Below, in pieces: positions 37,459 to 47,264 of a stretch of 64,000 bases of DNA. Position numbers and translations under genes: made by a program. The notes beneath the pieces were generated by a model. That model was not told the origin of the DNA, searched no databases, and saw only the letters and a program-made list of their open reading frames with translations. Source of the DNA: an uncultured Myxococcales bacterium (GTDB taxonomy: Bacteria; Myxococcota; UBA727; JABDBI01); assembly GCA_964493205.1 (NCBI GenBank), contig CAZBMJ010000008.1:1941-65940 (forward strand), written 5' to 3'. Numbering within the stretch: position 1 is the first letter of the stretch; each line of letters starts with the position of its first letter.

Positions 37459-38103
37459 TCAAAAGCTAGTAATAATAGCTATATAATGAAACAAGCTACC
37501 AAAAAATACAAAAGTATGCCAAACAGCATGATGATATTTAACTTTTTTCATTAAGTAAGCCACAGTGCCTCCTGTATAAAACAGACCGCCTAGAAATAAG
37601 TAGCTCATGCTTTCAGCGGGCACAGATTGAACCATGGGTTTATAAGCAATAACTATTAACCAGCCCATGGCAATGTACATTAAGGTTGAAAATAGTTTAA
37701 AACGTCCGGTAAAAAATAACTTAAAAATAATACCTACCAAAGCAAAAAACCAAATAGATATAAGCATCCACAAAGACCATTTTTCAGATAAATGAAGTGC
37801 CAAAAAAGGTGTATAAGTACCTGCAATTAATAAATAAATACCAATATGATCTAAAAGTTTAAATAGAGTCTTTGCTTTAAGAAAGGGAAGTGCATGATAA
37901 AGAGTTGATGAGGTATATAAAAAAATTAGAGAAATCCCATAAATTAAATAACTCACAAAATGAGTGATGCTGCCATTAATAGTGGCCAATACTAAAAGCA
38001 CCGTAAGGCCCACTATCCCTAATAATGCCCCAATTCCATGGATCACACTATTTGCTATCTCTTCACCTTTGGAGTATTGCTTTACATCAATTTCGATCCT
38101 CAT
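37459..38103 (-). CDS. hemolysin III / PAQR family channel protein
   Basis: Seven-TM protein with EEIANSVIHGIGA at the N-terminus, STLYH, DHIGIYLLIAGTYTP and HAVWHTFVFFGS motifs. Confidence 0.88.
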   Translation of the reverse strand: MRIEIDVKQYSKGEEIANSVIHGIGALLGIVGLTVLLVLATINGSITHFVSYLIYGISLIFLYTSSTLYHALPFLKAKTLFKLLDHIGIYLLIAGTYTPFLALHLSEKWSLWMLISIWFFALVGIIFKLFFTGRFKLFSTLMYIAMGWLIVIAYKPMVQSVPAESMSYLFLGGLFYTGGTVAYLMKKVKYHHAVWHTFVFFGSLFHYIAIITSF

Positions 38104-38178
38104 TTTTCCCTCAAAAGTAAATAAATTTCTTTTACTGTATCACTGTAATATTTATAAACAATACAAATTATAAATCTC

Positions 38179-39246
38179 ATGAATATAATAGGCTACTATT
38201 CTGTTTATAAACACAATATGCCAAAAAGATATTTTTGTTATTTATTTTTACTGTATATAACTACTAATAACTACAGTTATTGTACAGATATTAATAATAA
38301 TATATTTTACGATTTAATATATAAGCCAACAAAAAATATTTTTGATAAAATAGAATATAAAGAATTTAATTTTCCAGAATACTCCTTAATAGATATTGAA
38401 TTACCACTAGAAGATATAACTTTAATATCTGATTTACTCATAAAATACGACGATTTTTTAAGTAAAGAAAAAAATTTTTATAATTATTATAGTATCCATG
38501 AACAAAACGTACAAACAGCAACTATAGTAGCCTTAGTATCAGGAGGAATCGCTACAGTTTTAGCAGTGGTTTTATCACCCATCAATATCGCCCAAATTTC
38601 TTGCCATGAATACGCTTGTGACGATGATGATTTTAATATTTTAATCACTAAAAATGACATTGGAGGCGAACATATTTATTGCGCACAAAATGGTTTAGAC
38701 TATGACTGCCTAAAATATAATTATCAAATTCTTGGACTAAGTAATCTTTTTCAAAATCATTTGTATAGTGCTGGATGTGATAAAAATTTAAACCCAAATT
38801 TAATTAACACAGAAATAGTATTAGGTACCTATAGCAAATCAATAGATAAACTTTGTCTAGCTAGCGTTTCTATAAGCCCCTACTTACCTTCTTTAATAGC
38901 CTTATTGCCTAACCTATACACTGTGCCAAAAAGTTTTTATTCATACATAAAGCTTAAATTACTTAAAAATAAATTAAATACACCACAAAACAATACTCAT
39001 TTAATAGACAGAATAATTATCAATAATATTGTAATAAAACTAAAAAATGAACCTAATTTACCAGAAGAAATTAAACATATAATTTATCATGTTTTTATAT
39101 TTTATGGCATAGCCCTAAATATTGAAACAGAAATACAAGTACCCATAAGACAAGAGGTAGAAACCTTAAAAAACCAACCCGGATTTCTAAAAAACTTTAC
39201 TTCTTGGGCCTATAAAAAATGTTTTGGTTCTAAACATCAAGATTAA
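38179..39246 (+). CDS. hypothetical membrane protein (very AT-rich orphan)
   Basis: 355-aa ORF with one central TM (TATIVALVSGGIATVLAVVL). No family recognised. Confidence 0.4.
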   Translation: MNIIGYYSVYKHNMPKRYFCYLFLLYITTNNYSYCTDINNNIFYDLIYKPTKNIFDKIEYKEFNFPEYSLIDIELPLEDITLISDLLIKYDDFLSKEKNFYNYYSIHEQNVQTATIVALVSGGIATVLAVVLSPINIAQISCHEYACDDDDFNILITKNDIGGEHIYCAQNGLDYDCLKYNYQILGLSNLFQNHLYSAGCDKNLNPNLINTEIVLGTYSKSIDKLCLASVSISPYLPSLIALLPNLYTVPKSFYSYIKLKLLKNKLNTPQNNTHLIDRIIINNIVIKLKNEPNLPEEIKHIIYHVFIFYGIALNIETEIQVPIRQEVETLKNQPGFLKNFTSWAYKKCFGSKHQD

Positions 39247-39438
39247 TGCAAATTTATTTAATGAGTGAGCTTTGGCAAGTCTATTGCAGGAAGATCCCTT
39301 AAAGCAAGTGATACCAATTTTATCAAATAGCTTTGCTAAATCGCTATCCCTCAACATTGCATGAGCATTAATAGCCAATAAAAACAAAACATATGGAATC
39401 AGTTTAATCATATTTACAACCAAAAAGCGCCAACAAGA

Positions 39439-41673
39439 TTATTCAATAAAAATTTCTCTATCACCTTTTGAATTAAGCACAGGACCAACGATACCTTGTT
39501 TTTCCATATGCTCAACAATTTTGGCAGCTCTATTATACCCCACACTTAAGTGACGTTGTAAAAAGCTTATGGAGCACTTTTTATTTTCTTTAATTATAGT
39601 AATTGCCTCAGATAATTTTTCGTCTTCAAAATTATTACTAGAACTATCTGTAATATTTTCTGCTTCTTGATCACTAAATTCTGCTATTTCTTCTTGATAG
39701 TTAGTACTTGCTTGGTTCGTCCAAAAATCAATAACTCTTAAAAGTTCTTTTTCAGAAATAAATGCACCATGAACTCTGTAAACATCACTAGTACCTGGAG
39801 GCATTATTAAAGCATCTCCTCTGCCTAAAAGTTTCTCGGCACCGTACTTATTAATAATAGTTTTAGAATCATGACAAGAAGCCAATCTAAAACCCATGCG
39901 TACAGGAAAGTTAGCTTTAATAACTCCAGTAATCACATCTACACTGGGCCTTTGAGTAGCAAGCATCACGTGTATGCCGCAAGCCCGAGCCTTTTGAGCC
40001 AAACGCATAATATACGTTTCCACATCTTTTCCTGCAACTGCTAATAAATCTGCATATTCATCAACAACTATGACAATATAAGGCTGATGTTCGTGCTCTT
40101 TGCCGGTGACTTTCTTAAGACCTGAAATATCTATTTGAGTAATTTTTTTGTTATAAGTGTCAATATCTCGCACCATAGCTTCTTTCATTAACTCATAGCG
40201 CAAATCCATTTCTTTTACAGCCCATTTTAAGGCATTAGCAGCTTTTTTTGCGTCTATAATAGGAGGTAATAATAAATGCGGAATGCCATTATAAATAGAT
40301 AGCTCAAGCATTTTAGGATCGATCATCAAAAAACGTACATCTTTAGGGCTTGCTCGGTATAAAATAGAGCAAATCATAGCATTAACACTAACAGATTTAC
40401 CAGAACCTGTAGTGCCTGCTATTAAAACATGGGGCATGTCAGCCAAATTCATAAAATACGGCTTACCCTCAACATCTTTGCCAATGGCCATGCATAGCTT
40501 ATGGGTTTCTAAGGCATATGCTTCACTGGCCACTATTTCTTTTAAATATACTGTCTCACGCTTTTCATTAGGAACCTCAATACCCACAGCGCCTTTTCCA
40601 GGTATTGGCGTGACAATTCGCACTTGCACCGCAGACATGGCCATGGCTATATCATCGCTTAAACTGGCTATTCTTGAGAGTTTAATACCTGCAGCTGGAA
40701 CAAATTCATAATTTGTAACCACTGGCCCTGTGCGTATTTCTCTAATTTTGCCTTCAATACCAAACTGTAAAAATGCTTTTTGCAATTTGTCAGCTTCTTT
40801 TTTCAATAATTCTTGATTCACTGGTGAAGCAGAAGGTTCGTCATAATCTAATAATTTTAAAGGAGGCAAACTAAAAGTTTGATCTTCGTTCACTATCACT
40901 GATTTAACATTATTTTGACGTTTTTGTTCTACAATCTGAATTTCTTGTTTTTCTGGCGGCACTACACTAATAGCTATTTTTTGCACTAAAGGCTCAGCAG
41001 GCATAGCTAAAGGCATACTTATTTTTTCTTTTAATTTAGTATTTTTAGGTATTTTTGATTTCAAAAAACTATAAGCTTTAGGTATAAAAACAAGCATATG
41101 TGATAAAAATGGACGTGAAACAATTAAAACTAAGCCTGATACTATAAAAGCAAAGCTAATAAGATATAAACCAATAGTAGATGTATAAAAAACAATTATT
41201 TTTTTAATACTTAAGCCTAAAATACCGCTTAATAAGAAGCTGTCTTGTTTATTGGGTATAGCAAGTAAAGGCAGTAAACCAAGCGTGCATAAATTAGCCC
41301 CTAGCATGCTTTTGTAGCTAAATAATGCTGGCATAAAAAATAATCTGCCTGATAAATAAAGAAAGCTCATTGGAATGAGCAAAGAAAACATTCCAAAAAA
41401 AGAAGTCAAGGTTTCTGCTATAATAGCTCCACTAAGGCCTAAATAATTATGAAGCTCTTGTTCTTTAGTTTTTAAAATAGTTGTGTCATCACTATTAAAA
41501 GAAAAAATAGCTAAGAATAAAGCTATTCCTATAATCAAAAAAATAATAGCGCTAATTTCTTTGGCCAAATAAAAATTTATAGACTTTTTTTTGTGTCTGG
41601 CTGTAAAGTTATTTCGCCATATATCAAAAAAATCATATAAACTAAATTTTAAATTATTTATCAATGTTTTCAT
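39439..41673 (-). CDS. ftsK: DNA translocase FtsK
   Basis: N-terminal TM domain, Walker A AGTTGSGKS, Walker B IVIVVDEYADL, and C-terminal gamma winged helix SISFLQRHLSVGYNRAAKIVEHMEKQGIV. Confidence 0.96.
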   Translation of the reverse strand: MKTLINNLKFSLYDFFDIWRNNFTARHKKKSINFYLAKEISAIIFLIIGIALFLAIFSFNSDDTTILKTKEQELHNYLGLSGAIIAETLTSFFGMFSLLIPMSFLYLSGRLFFMPALFSYKSMLGANLCTLGLLPLLAIPNKQDSFLLSGILGLSIKKIIVFYTSTIGLYLISFAFIVSGLVLIVSRPFLSHMLVFIPKAYSFLKSKIPKNTKLKEKISMPLAMPAEPLVQKIAISVVPPEKQEIQIVEQKRQNNVKSVIVNEDQTFSLPPLKLLDYDEPSASPVNQELLKKEADKLQKAFLQFGIEGKIREIRTGPVVTNYEFVPAAGIKLSRIASLSDDIAMAMSAVQVRIVTPIPGKGAVGIEVPNEKRETVYLKEIVASEAYALETHKLCMAIGKDVEGKPYFMNLADMPHVLIAGTTGSGKSVSVNAMICSILYRASPKDVRFLMIDPKMLELSIYNGIPHLLLPPIIDAKKAANALKWAVKEMDLRYELMKEAMVRDIDTYNKKITQIDISGLKKVTGKEHEHQPYIVIVVDEYADLLAVAGKDVETYIMRLAQKARACGIHVMLATQRPSVDVITGVIKANFPVRMGFRLASCHDSKTIINKYGAEKLLGRGDALIMPPGTSDVYRVHGAFISEKELLRVIDFWTNQASTNYQEEIAEFSDQEAENITDSSSNNFEDEKLSEAITIIKENKKCSISFLQRHLSVGYNRAAKIVEHMEKQGIVGPVLNSKGDREIFIE

Positions 41674-41941
41674 ACTTAGCCTTAATAAATTCTAAAAAAA
41701 ACTACCAGAGCAAGAATAACACTACAACAAAGAAAAGTGATAGATCCTACAATAAAAACACGAATAATTGAAACCCAAGGGATAATGGGCTTTTTTTTAT
41801 TATTGATTGGGCTATGGTATAAAAAAAACATTCTTTATCCTAAACTTTTTTTCTTGATTCATAAGTATTTTATAAGTATTTTAATTGTTATCATCTCTTT
41901 TACAATCTATAAGCTTAACTTTTATTAAAAATGAGACAACC

Positions 41942-42400
41942 ATGCGTAAATTACTAGTTTTACTTTTGCTTCTTCTTGTGATTGCTGGAAGTTATTTTGG
42001 ATATATCCATTTTACCGCAGCAGACTTACCTACCTTTGGTTTAACGCTAAGTGGTGAAAAAGGCAAGGTAAAAAATACCACTAAAAAATTCTTAGAGAGC
42101 ATTGAATTTAAAAATGCTGATGCCATCAAGTCTTTTATGAATTCAGAAGTTAGTGCGCCAGATGTTGACAACTTTTTAAATAAAACTTTTGATATGCCTT
42201 ACGATACGGTTGATTTAGAAAAATTTAGTGTAGAAGCCATTGAAATGGATTCTAGTAATACCAGAAGCAAAGTTAGAATAAGAATTATGGGCAATAACCA
42301 AACTAGCAAAGAATCATTTAATAAGAGCAAAGTTCTTTATTGGTACTTCCAACCCGATATGCGTACATGGCTTATAGATATTAAAAATTTGTCTTTGTAG
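41942..42400 (+). CDS. hypothetical membrane-anchored protein
   Basis: Start set at MRKLLVLLLLLLVIAG (signal anchor); the ORF track extends to 41885. Confidence 0.45.
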   Translation: MRKLLVLLLLLLVIAGSYFGYIHFTAADLPTFGLTLSGEKGKVKNTTKKFLESIEFKNADAIKSFMNSEVSAPDVDNFLNKTFDMPYDTVDLEKFSVEAIEMDSSNTRSKVRIRIMGNNQTSKESFNKSKVLYWYFQPDMRTWLIDIKNLSL

Positions 42401-42460
42401 TTTATAAGCCCTTAATTTATAACAAAAATTTAGATTTGGTCTAAATATATGGATTAAAGA

Positions 42461-42489
42461 TTGATTTGTACTCAAATAATGAGTATAAT
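42461..42489 (+). promoter_or_regulatory. sigma70-type promoter with embedded operator-like palindrome; predicts a leaderless toxin mRNA
   Basis: TTGATT (42461..42466), a 17-nt spacer, TATAAT (42484..42489), then only 7 nt to the ATG at 42497, with no SD. Perfect inverted repeat TACTCA-aataa-TGAGTA (42469..42485) overlaps the spacer and -10. Confidence 0.6.
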
Positions 42490-42496
42490 ATAACCT

Positions 42497-42781
42497 ATGG
42501 ATATTTTTGATGTAGACTTTTCTTTAAAAGTTAAAAAAACACTAATAGGACTGCCTATCCATATCATAGATAAACTAGAAGGTTGGGTTAAAGCAATTGA
42601 AAAAGATGGTTTGCGTCAAGTACAAAAAACACCTGGCTATCATGATGAACCACTGAAAGGAAAACGTTTTGGTCAAAGATCTATAAGATTAAATAAAGCA
42701 TATAGAGCTATTTATACAGTTAAAAAAGGAAAAGAAATCGAATTTATTGAAATTAAAGAGGTAAATAAACATGAATACTAA
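42497..42781 (+). CDS. type II toxin, RelE/ParE superfamily (HigB-like arrangement)
   Basis: 94 aa with a basic core GYHDEPLKGKRFGQRSIRLNKAYRAIY...IEIKEVNKHEY, typical of RelE/ParE-fold toxins. Precedes and overlaps (11 nt) an HTH gene. Confidence 0.75.
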   Translation: MDIFDVDFSLKVKKTLIGLPIHIIDKLEGWVKAIEKDGLRQVQKTPGYHDEPLKGKRFGQRSIRLNKAYRAIYTVKKGKEIEFIEIKEVNKHEY

Positions 42782-43088
42782 AAAGAAAAGTAATGCTATA
42801 AAATACTTGGAAGCACTTCGTGGCGGGCCATTAACATTTGGTAAATTATTACATTCTATACGTACATGTGATGAAATATCTCAAGCTGAATTAGCTCATA
42901 GAATAGGTATGTCGCGCTCAAATATTTGTGATATCGAAAAAGATCGCAGAACTGTAAGCCTAGAAAGGGCTGTTCAGTTTGCTGATGTATTGGGTTATTC
43001 TAGAAATCAGTTTGTCTCAACTGTTATTGAAGACCAACTAAGAGAAGCAGGTTTAAAATTCATAGTAGAACTCAAAAAAGCCGCTTAA
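42771..43088 (+). CDS. XRE-family HTH antitoxin (HigA-like)
   Basis: HTH_3 core ISQAELAHRIGMSRSNICDIEKDRRTVSLERAVQFADVLG. Confidence 0.75.
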   Translation: MNTKKKSNAIKYLEALRGGPLTFGKLLHSIRTCDEISQAELAHRIGMSRSNICDIEKDRRTVSLERAVQFADVLGYSRNQFVSTVIEDQLREAGLKFIVELKKAA

Positions 43089-44209
43089 TTTACACTATTT
43101 AAACTTCTATTTATTCTTTGACTAAAAGAGGTAAGTATTTCATGAGAAATAGTATCTGCCCATACTGCCATATGATCTGCATCAATAATTTCTTGGCCCT
43201 CAGAGCCTAAAAGAGTTACATATTGACCCACAATCTCTATTTTTTCTTTAGGCATAGCATTAGTTATATCGAGCATTAAAAAATCCATGCAGATATTACC
43301 CACAATAGGCACTCGTACGCCATTAAATAATGCAAAACCTTTATTGCTCAAAGCTCTTTTGATGCCGTCTGCATAACCAATAGAAACCACTGCAATATCT
43401 GTGGGATTTTTAGCGATAAACCTATGATTATAACCCACACCTTGATTTTTACTAATTTTTTTATGACTAATAACTTTTGCTTTAATGCTCATAATAGGTT
43501 TTAAATCATACTGGTTTTTAAGGGATGCTATGGGGCTATAGCCATAGGCGAGTAAGCCTACCCGACTTAAAAAAGTAATATTAGTGAAAATATCTTTACG
43601 CAAAAAAGCAGCACTATTAGCTGCGTGTATATAATCAGGATTAATGCCTTCTTGCTTGAGCATAGCCAAAATATGTAAAAAATAGTTTATTTGATCTTGG
43701 GTAGCACTAGATTCTAAATCATCTGCACTATGAAAATGAGTACATAAGGCTTCTATAGTTATTTGAGGATTTTTTTTAATTTGCTCAATAAGAGAACTAA
43801 TTTCTTCATTGCTAAAGCCGTTTCTAATAAAACCCGTATCGATTTTTAAGTGGATTTTAAAAGGGCTTTTACAATTTGCTAAGCATATAAAGTCTCTAAG
43901 GTTACCAATTATGGGAACAACGTTATGTTTTATCAGTAAATCAGCCTGCGGAACCCAAACACCACCATCAAATAAATAAATTTCGCCTTCATAGCCACAT
44001 TTTCTAAGATCTATGGCTTCTTCTATGCAGGCTATAGCTAAGGCATGAATAGTCACTTTTTTTACCAAACTTACGATTTGGGCAAACCCGTGGCCATAGG
44101 CATTGGCTTTAACCACTAAAATTATTTTAGAATTGGGGTTAATATTTTTTATGATTTGCCAATTATGCATAAAAGCATTTTGATCAATAATAGCTATGCT
44201 GCGGTTCAT
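43085..44209 (-). CDS. alr: alanine racemase
   Basis: PLP-lysine motif VVKANAYGHG, GYADGIKR, NICMDFLMLD. Confidence 0.93.
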   Translation of the reverse strand: MNRSIAIIDQNAFMHNWQIIKNINPNSKIILVVKANAYGHGFAQIVSLVKKVTIHALAIACIEEAIDLRKCGYEGEIYLFDGGVWVPQADLLIKHNVVPIIGNLRDFICLANCKSPFKIHLKIDTGFIRNGFSNEEISSLIEQIKKNPQITIEALCTHFHSADDLESSATQDQINYFLHILAMLKQEGINPDYIHAANSAAFLRKDIFTNITFLSRVGLLAYGYSPIASLKNQYDLKPIMSIKAKVISHKKISKNQGVGYNHRFIAKNPTDIAVVSIGYADGIKRALSNKGFALFNGVRVPIVGNICMDFLMLDITNAMPKEKIEIVGQYVTLLGSEGQEIIDADHMAVWADTISHEILTSFSQRINRSLNSVN

Positions 44210-44250
44210 TGGTATTACCTAATTATCTATGTGGCAGTTTTCAATAGGGT
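44200..44250. repeat. diverged direct repeat copy 1 (alr start codon plus upstream region)
   Basis: tgcggttcattggt (14/14) followed by similar sequence. About 40 of 51 positions match 44794..44844 by manual ungapped alignment. Confidence 0.6.
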
Positions 44251-44483
44251 ATGTAGGAATGCTTTATATGGAGCGACTTAGTAAAAAATTAGAAAAAATA
44301 ATAATTGCTTTGTTCTCATTACCGATTCTATTATTAAAATATTTATTTTTAATCCATAAATAATCACAAAATTAATATAATTAATTTACAATACATTACT
44401 AAAATTTTAAAATAAAAACAATTTTAAGTTTTTTAACACTAAAAGCTATAACTAATATTATCTATATAAGATAAGGAGATAAG

Positions 44484-44774
44484 ATGAAAAAATTACTGTT
44501 ATTGATTCTAACATTTTCATATATAAGCAACGCCAGTAACTCTATCCTTAGGAGAACTTACATTAGTTGCAGTAATCCTGGCAGTCACCAAGATGTAGCT
44601 AAAACACCAATACTAACAAATACAAGTAATCAAAATATTGGCCAATCAACAAAGATATTTTGGCAATCAAGTGACAATGATTCTGGATTCGTCTATGGAC
44701 CACTTGCAAAGGGAGCTAGCAAAAGTGCTTTAGGCCAACCTGGAAATGGTTATACTTGTCAAGCATATTATTAA
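44484..44774 (+). CDS. small secreted hypothetical protein
   Basis: AAGGAG SD. Signal peptide MKKLLLLILTFSYISNA. 96 aa. Confidence 0.5.
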   Translation: MKKLLLLILTFSYISNASNSILRRTYISCSNPGSHQDVAKTPILTNTSNQNIGQSTKIFWQSSDNDSGFVYGPLAKGASKSALGQPGNGYTCQAYY

Positions 44775-44793
44775 CTTTTATCTATACCGATAA

Positions 44794-44844
44794 TGCGGTT
44801 CATTGGTGTTTCTTAATTACCCAATTGGAATTTTTCAATTAGGT
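44794..44844. repeat. diverged direct repeat copy 2 (relic of the alr 5' end, still reading ATG-AAC-CGC on the minus strand)
   Basis: See copy 1. On the minus strand it encodes MNRIIGIDKS*, versus alr MNRSIAIIDQ. Confidence 0.6.
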
Positions 44845-44879
44845 TATAAGATAAATCTTTATTTTAAGGAAAAAATACT

Positions 44880-45356
44880 ATGCACCGTTATTTGGTCTTT
44901 ATTTTGTTACTATGTACTACGCAGATACATGCAGAGGAAGCTAAAATCCATGCCACAGGACACGGCATAGGCCTGGCAGGTGGAGCCACCTCGGGGTTTG
45001 GCATTGCCTACCGAACTTTTTATGAGAATGGATTAGGCTTTCAAGCTACGCTTGGTGCTTTTGGCACCTCAAAATATTTTGATATGTTTAGCGGAGTACA
45101 AATGCTTTATACATTTCATCAATCCTCTCCAAACCTTCGATTTTATGTTCTTGTAGGCGTTGGCTCAGTTTTACAATCATTTTCTGAACTTAATCTTGTG
45201 CCGGGCATGGGTATTGGGACTGAATTTAATCTCTATAAAAATTTAGCAATGGCCTTTGATATTTCACTAGCCCCTATGATATCTATTAGAAAAAAATCTC
45301 CCCTTGATTATATACCGTTGCCATTTCCTGGCTTAGCTATAGTTTATTATATTTAA
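44880..45356 (+). CDS. small outer-membrane beta-barrel protein
   Basis: Signal peptide ...TQIHAEE. Gly/aromatic alternating strands (GIGLAGGATSGFGIAYRTFY, GFQATLGAFG). Aromatic C-terminal strand. Confidence 0.5.
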   Translation: MHRYLVFILLLCTTQIHAEEAKIHATGHGIGLAGGATSGFGIAYRTFYENGLGFQATLGAFGTSKYFDMFSGVQMLYTFHQSSPNLRFYVLVGVGSVLQSFSELNLVPGMGIGTEFNLYKNLAMAFDISLAPMISIRKKSPLDYIPLPFPGLAIVYYI

Positions 45357-45692
45357 GCGCTGGACGAGTAGCTTAGGTATAAATTATGAAAATCTGTTTT
45401 TTATTTTTGGCTTAATATTACCTTTAGGACCTACGCAAGAATATGGTAAGACATAAGCGAACTCATGCATGTTTTCGTAAGATATTATATAATAATCACC
45501 AAGAGCCTGTACAAACATTAATTATAGAGTATATAAAAATTCTCATACCATTTCTACGTACCGTGACTCGGTCCACGGTATCTAGAAAACTAATTCCTAC
45601 AATTGATTAATTGTCTGGATGCCTCGCACAAGGCGTGGCACGTAGAGAGTCGAGTACTACTTATGATTTATTACGTTTAAAGGAACTAAAAA

Positions 45693-46088
45693 ATGTCTAA
45701 AAATATACCTACAGATCGTTTTTTTACTAAAGATCATGAATGGATAAAAGATCATAAAGAATATGCACTAATCGGTATCACTGATTATGCACAACATTGT
45801 TTAGGCGATGTTGTTTATGTTGAAATGCCAAAAATTGGTTCTAGTATTACAAAAGGCCAAGCTCTTGGAGTTGTTGAAAGCATTAAAGCAGTATCAGATA
45901 TTTATGCTCCCGTATCAGGAGTGGTTATTGAAGTGAACCAAAATGTCATTAATAACCCCCAACTTATTAATAGCGACCCTTACGAAAATGGCTGGTTACT
46001 CAAAATACAAGTTCACAATACAAATTTTAGCCAAGAAGCTCTATCTCACCAGCAATATGAAGAAATCTTAAATAAAGAAGCAAAATAA
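45693..46088 (+). CDS. gcvH: glycine cleavage system protein H
   Basis: FTKDHEWI, lipoyl-lysine motif GVVESIKAVSDIYAPVSG, DPYENGWL. Confidence 0.95.
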   Translation: MSKNIPTDRFFTKDHEWIKDHKEYALIGITDYAQHCLGDVVYVEMPKIGSSITKGQALGVVESIKAVSDIYAPVSGVVIEVNQNVINNPQLINSDPYENGWLLKIQVHNTNFSQEALSHQQYEEILNKEAK

Positions 46089-46097
46089 CTAAGTCAT

Positions 46098-47264
46098 TCA
46101 ATTTATATTTTTTTCGATTTCCATTTTTATAGCATCTCGCTGATTACTCAGAAGGCTAAAAAATATGTTTAAAGACAATTGATGCTCTGATTCATAGTTC
46201 CCAAATTTTGGTGAAATTACTTTAACTTTGTCTTTAAGCATGTTTATATATTTTTCAACATCATCCCCAGATAAATAAATGAGCTCTTGTAAAATTTTTT
46301 CCTCTCGCAAACTTGGATAATCTTCTAAAAGCTTTATTTGGTTATTATGATAATCATTCAAAACTATTCTAACAAAATCTAAATATCTTAACACCAAGTA
46401 AATAGGTGAATTTTGCTCGTCAATAATAGCACATGGCCTTTCTTCTGTGATTGGTAAAGTAATTCCTAAATTAAAAAACTTTTCTATTAGTTCGATAAGC
46501 TTTAATTTATCTTTTTCATTAAAAGAAGTAATTTCCCACCATTGATTGTCAGAAAAAAGTAAATTATTAAAGCTTCCCGAAGAAGTATCTATAGATAAAG
46601 CAAGAAACGATTTAACTAATTGCCATATATTATAAAGCTCTATCACTTCACCTTTTAATTCTTTTTCCATATATTGGGAAAAAATTAAAAAACTTTTTAC
46701 TTTATTTGCTATTAACTCTCTATACTGTGTTGGCAAATTTAACCAAAGACCAGCGTGATTAAATACATCATGAAAATACATCTGATATTTAAGGCAATTA
46801 TCACTATTTTCTACTCCTGCTATGGGAAATTTTTCCTGACTAATCAACTCTAAAAATTTTTTATAGTCAACAGCTTTATTATCCTCAAGAAAATAGAAAA
46901 AAATTTCCACATTTGCTGCTTTAAAAAGTTTTAATAACATTTGTTGATTAGGTAAATTAACAGTCTGTTCAGTTGTTTCTTGGTCTAGGTGTTTAACGTT
47001 AAAATAATTTAAAAAAGCTGATACGATACGTGTTGGTGAGCCTTGAACGGCTGGTTGATCGTCTCGATTATGATTATTCCAACAAATGCATAACTTGTTT
47101 GCTGTATAGGTTGTGCAAACACATTTTCTTAAGCGTAATTCTAAAAAGCTTGAGCGCTCGCTAACCCATAGACCTCTTGAGCCAACTCGCTTATCTTCTT
47201 CTAACCCATTAATATTTGCAGCTAAAAAAGTAATGAATAAAATTACAAATAAACAGCCTTGCAT
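46098..47264 (-). CDS. hypothetical protein, translationally coupled to the upstream HicA-fusion gene
   Basis: The start ATG shares one base with the upstream stop (TAATG at 47262..47266, minus strand). Hydrophobic N-terminus. No family recognised. Confidence 0.5.
   Translation of the reverse strand: MQGCLFVILFITFLAANINGLEEDKRVGSRGLWVSERSSFLELRLRKCVCTTYTANKLCICWNNHNRDDQPAVQGSPTRIVSAFLNYFNVKHLDQETTEQTVNLPNQQMLLKLFKAANVEIFFYFLEDNKAVDYKKFLELISQEKFPIAGVENSDNCLKYQMYFHDVFNHAGLWLNLPTQYRELIANKVKSFLIFSQYMEKELKGEVIELYNIWQLVKSFLALSIDTSSGSFNNLLFSDNQWWEITSFNEKDKLKLIELIEKFFNLGITLPITEERPCAIIDEQNSPIYLVLRYLDFVRIVLNDYHNNQIKLLEDYPSLREEKILQELIYLSGDDVEKYINMLKDKVKVISPKFGNYESEHQLSLNIFFSLLSNQRDAIKMEIEKNIN

Noticed and set aside
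39187-39423. 78-aa minus-strand ORF with a signal-like start (MIKLIPYVLFLLAINAHA)
   Set aside because: Plausible as a small secreted peptide, but it overlaps the 3' end of ORF 38179..39246 by 60 nt and has no supporting signals, so it is too weak to annotate.
41737-41928. 63-aa hydrophobic ORF upstream of 41942..42400
   Set aside because: GTG/odd start, extreme composition and no support; likely non-coding leader.
45357-45692. Glycine riboswitch upstream of gcvH
   Set aside because: The conserved glycine-aptamer elements (GGAGAG..., ACCGAAGGGGCAA-type core) are not present on either strand. It is kept only as an unclassified structured element.
18526-46088. Glycine-cleavage genes split (gcvPA/PB at 18.5-21.3 kb, gcvH at 45.7 kb, no gcvT seen)
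   Set aside because: Dispersed gcv genes are common, and gcvT is probably elsewhere. Not unusual enough to report as a finding.
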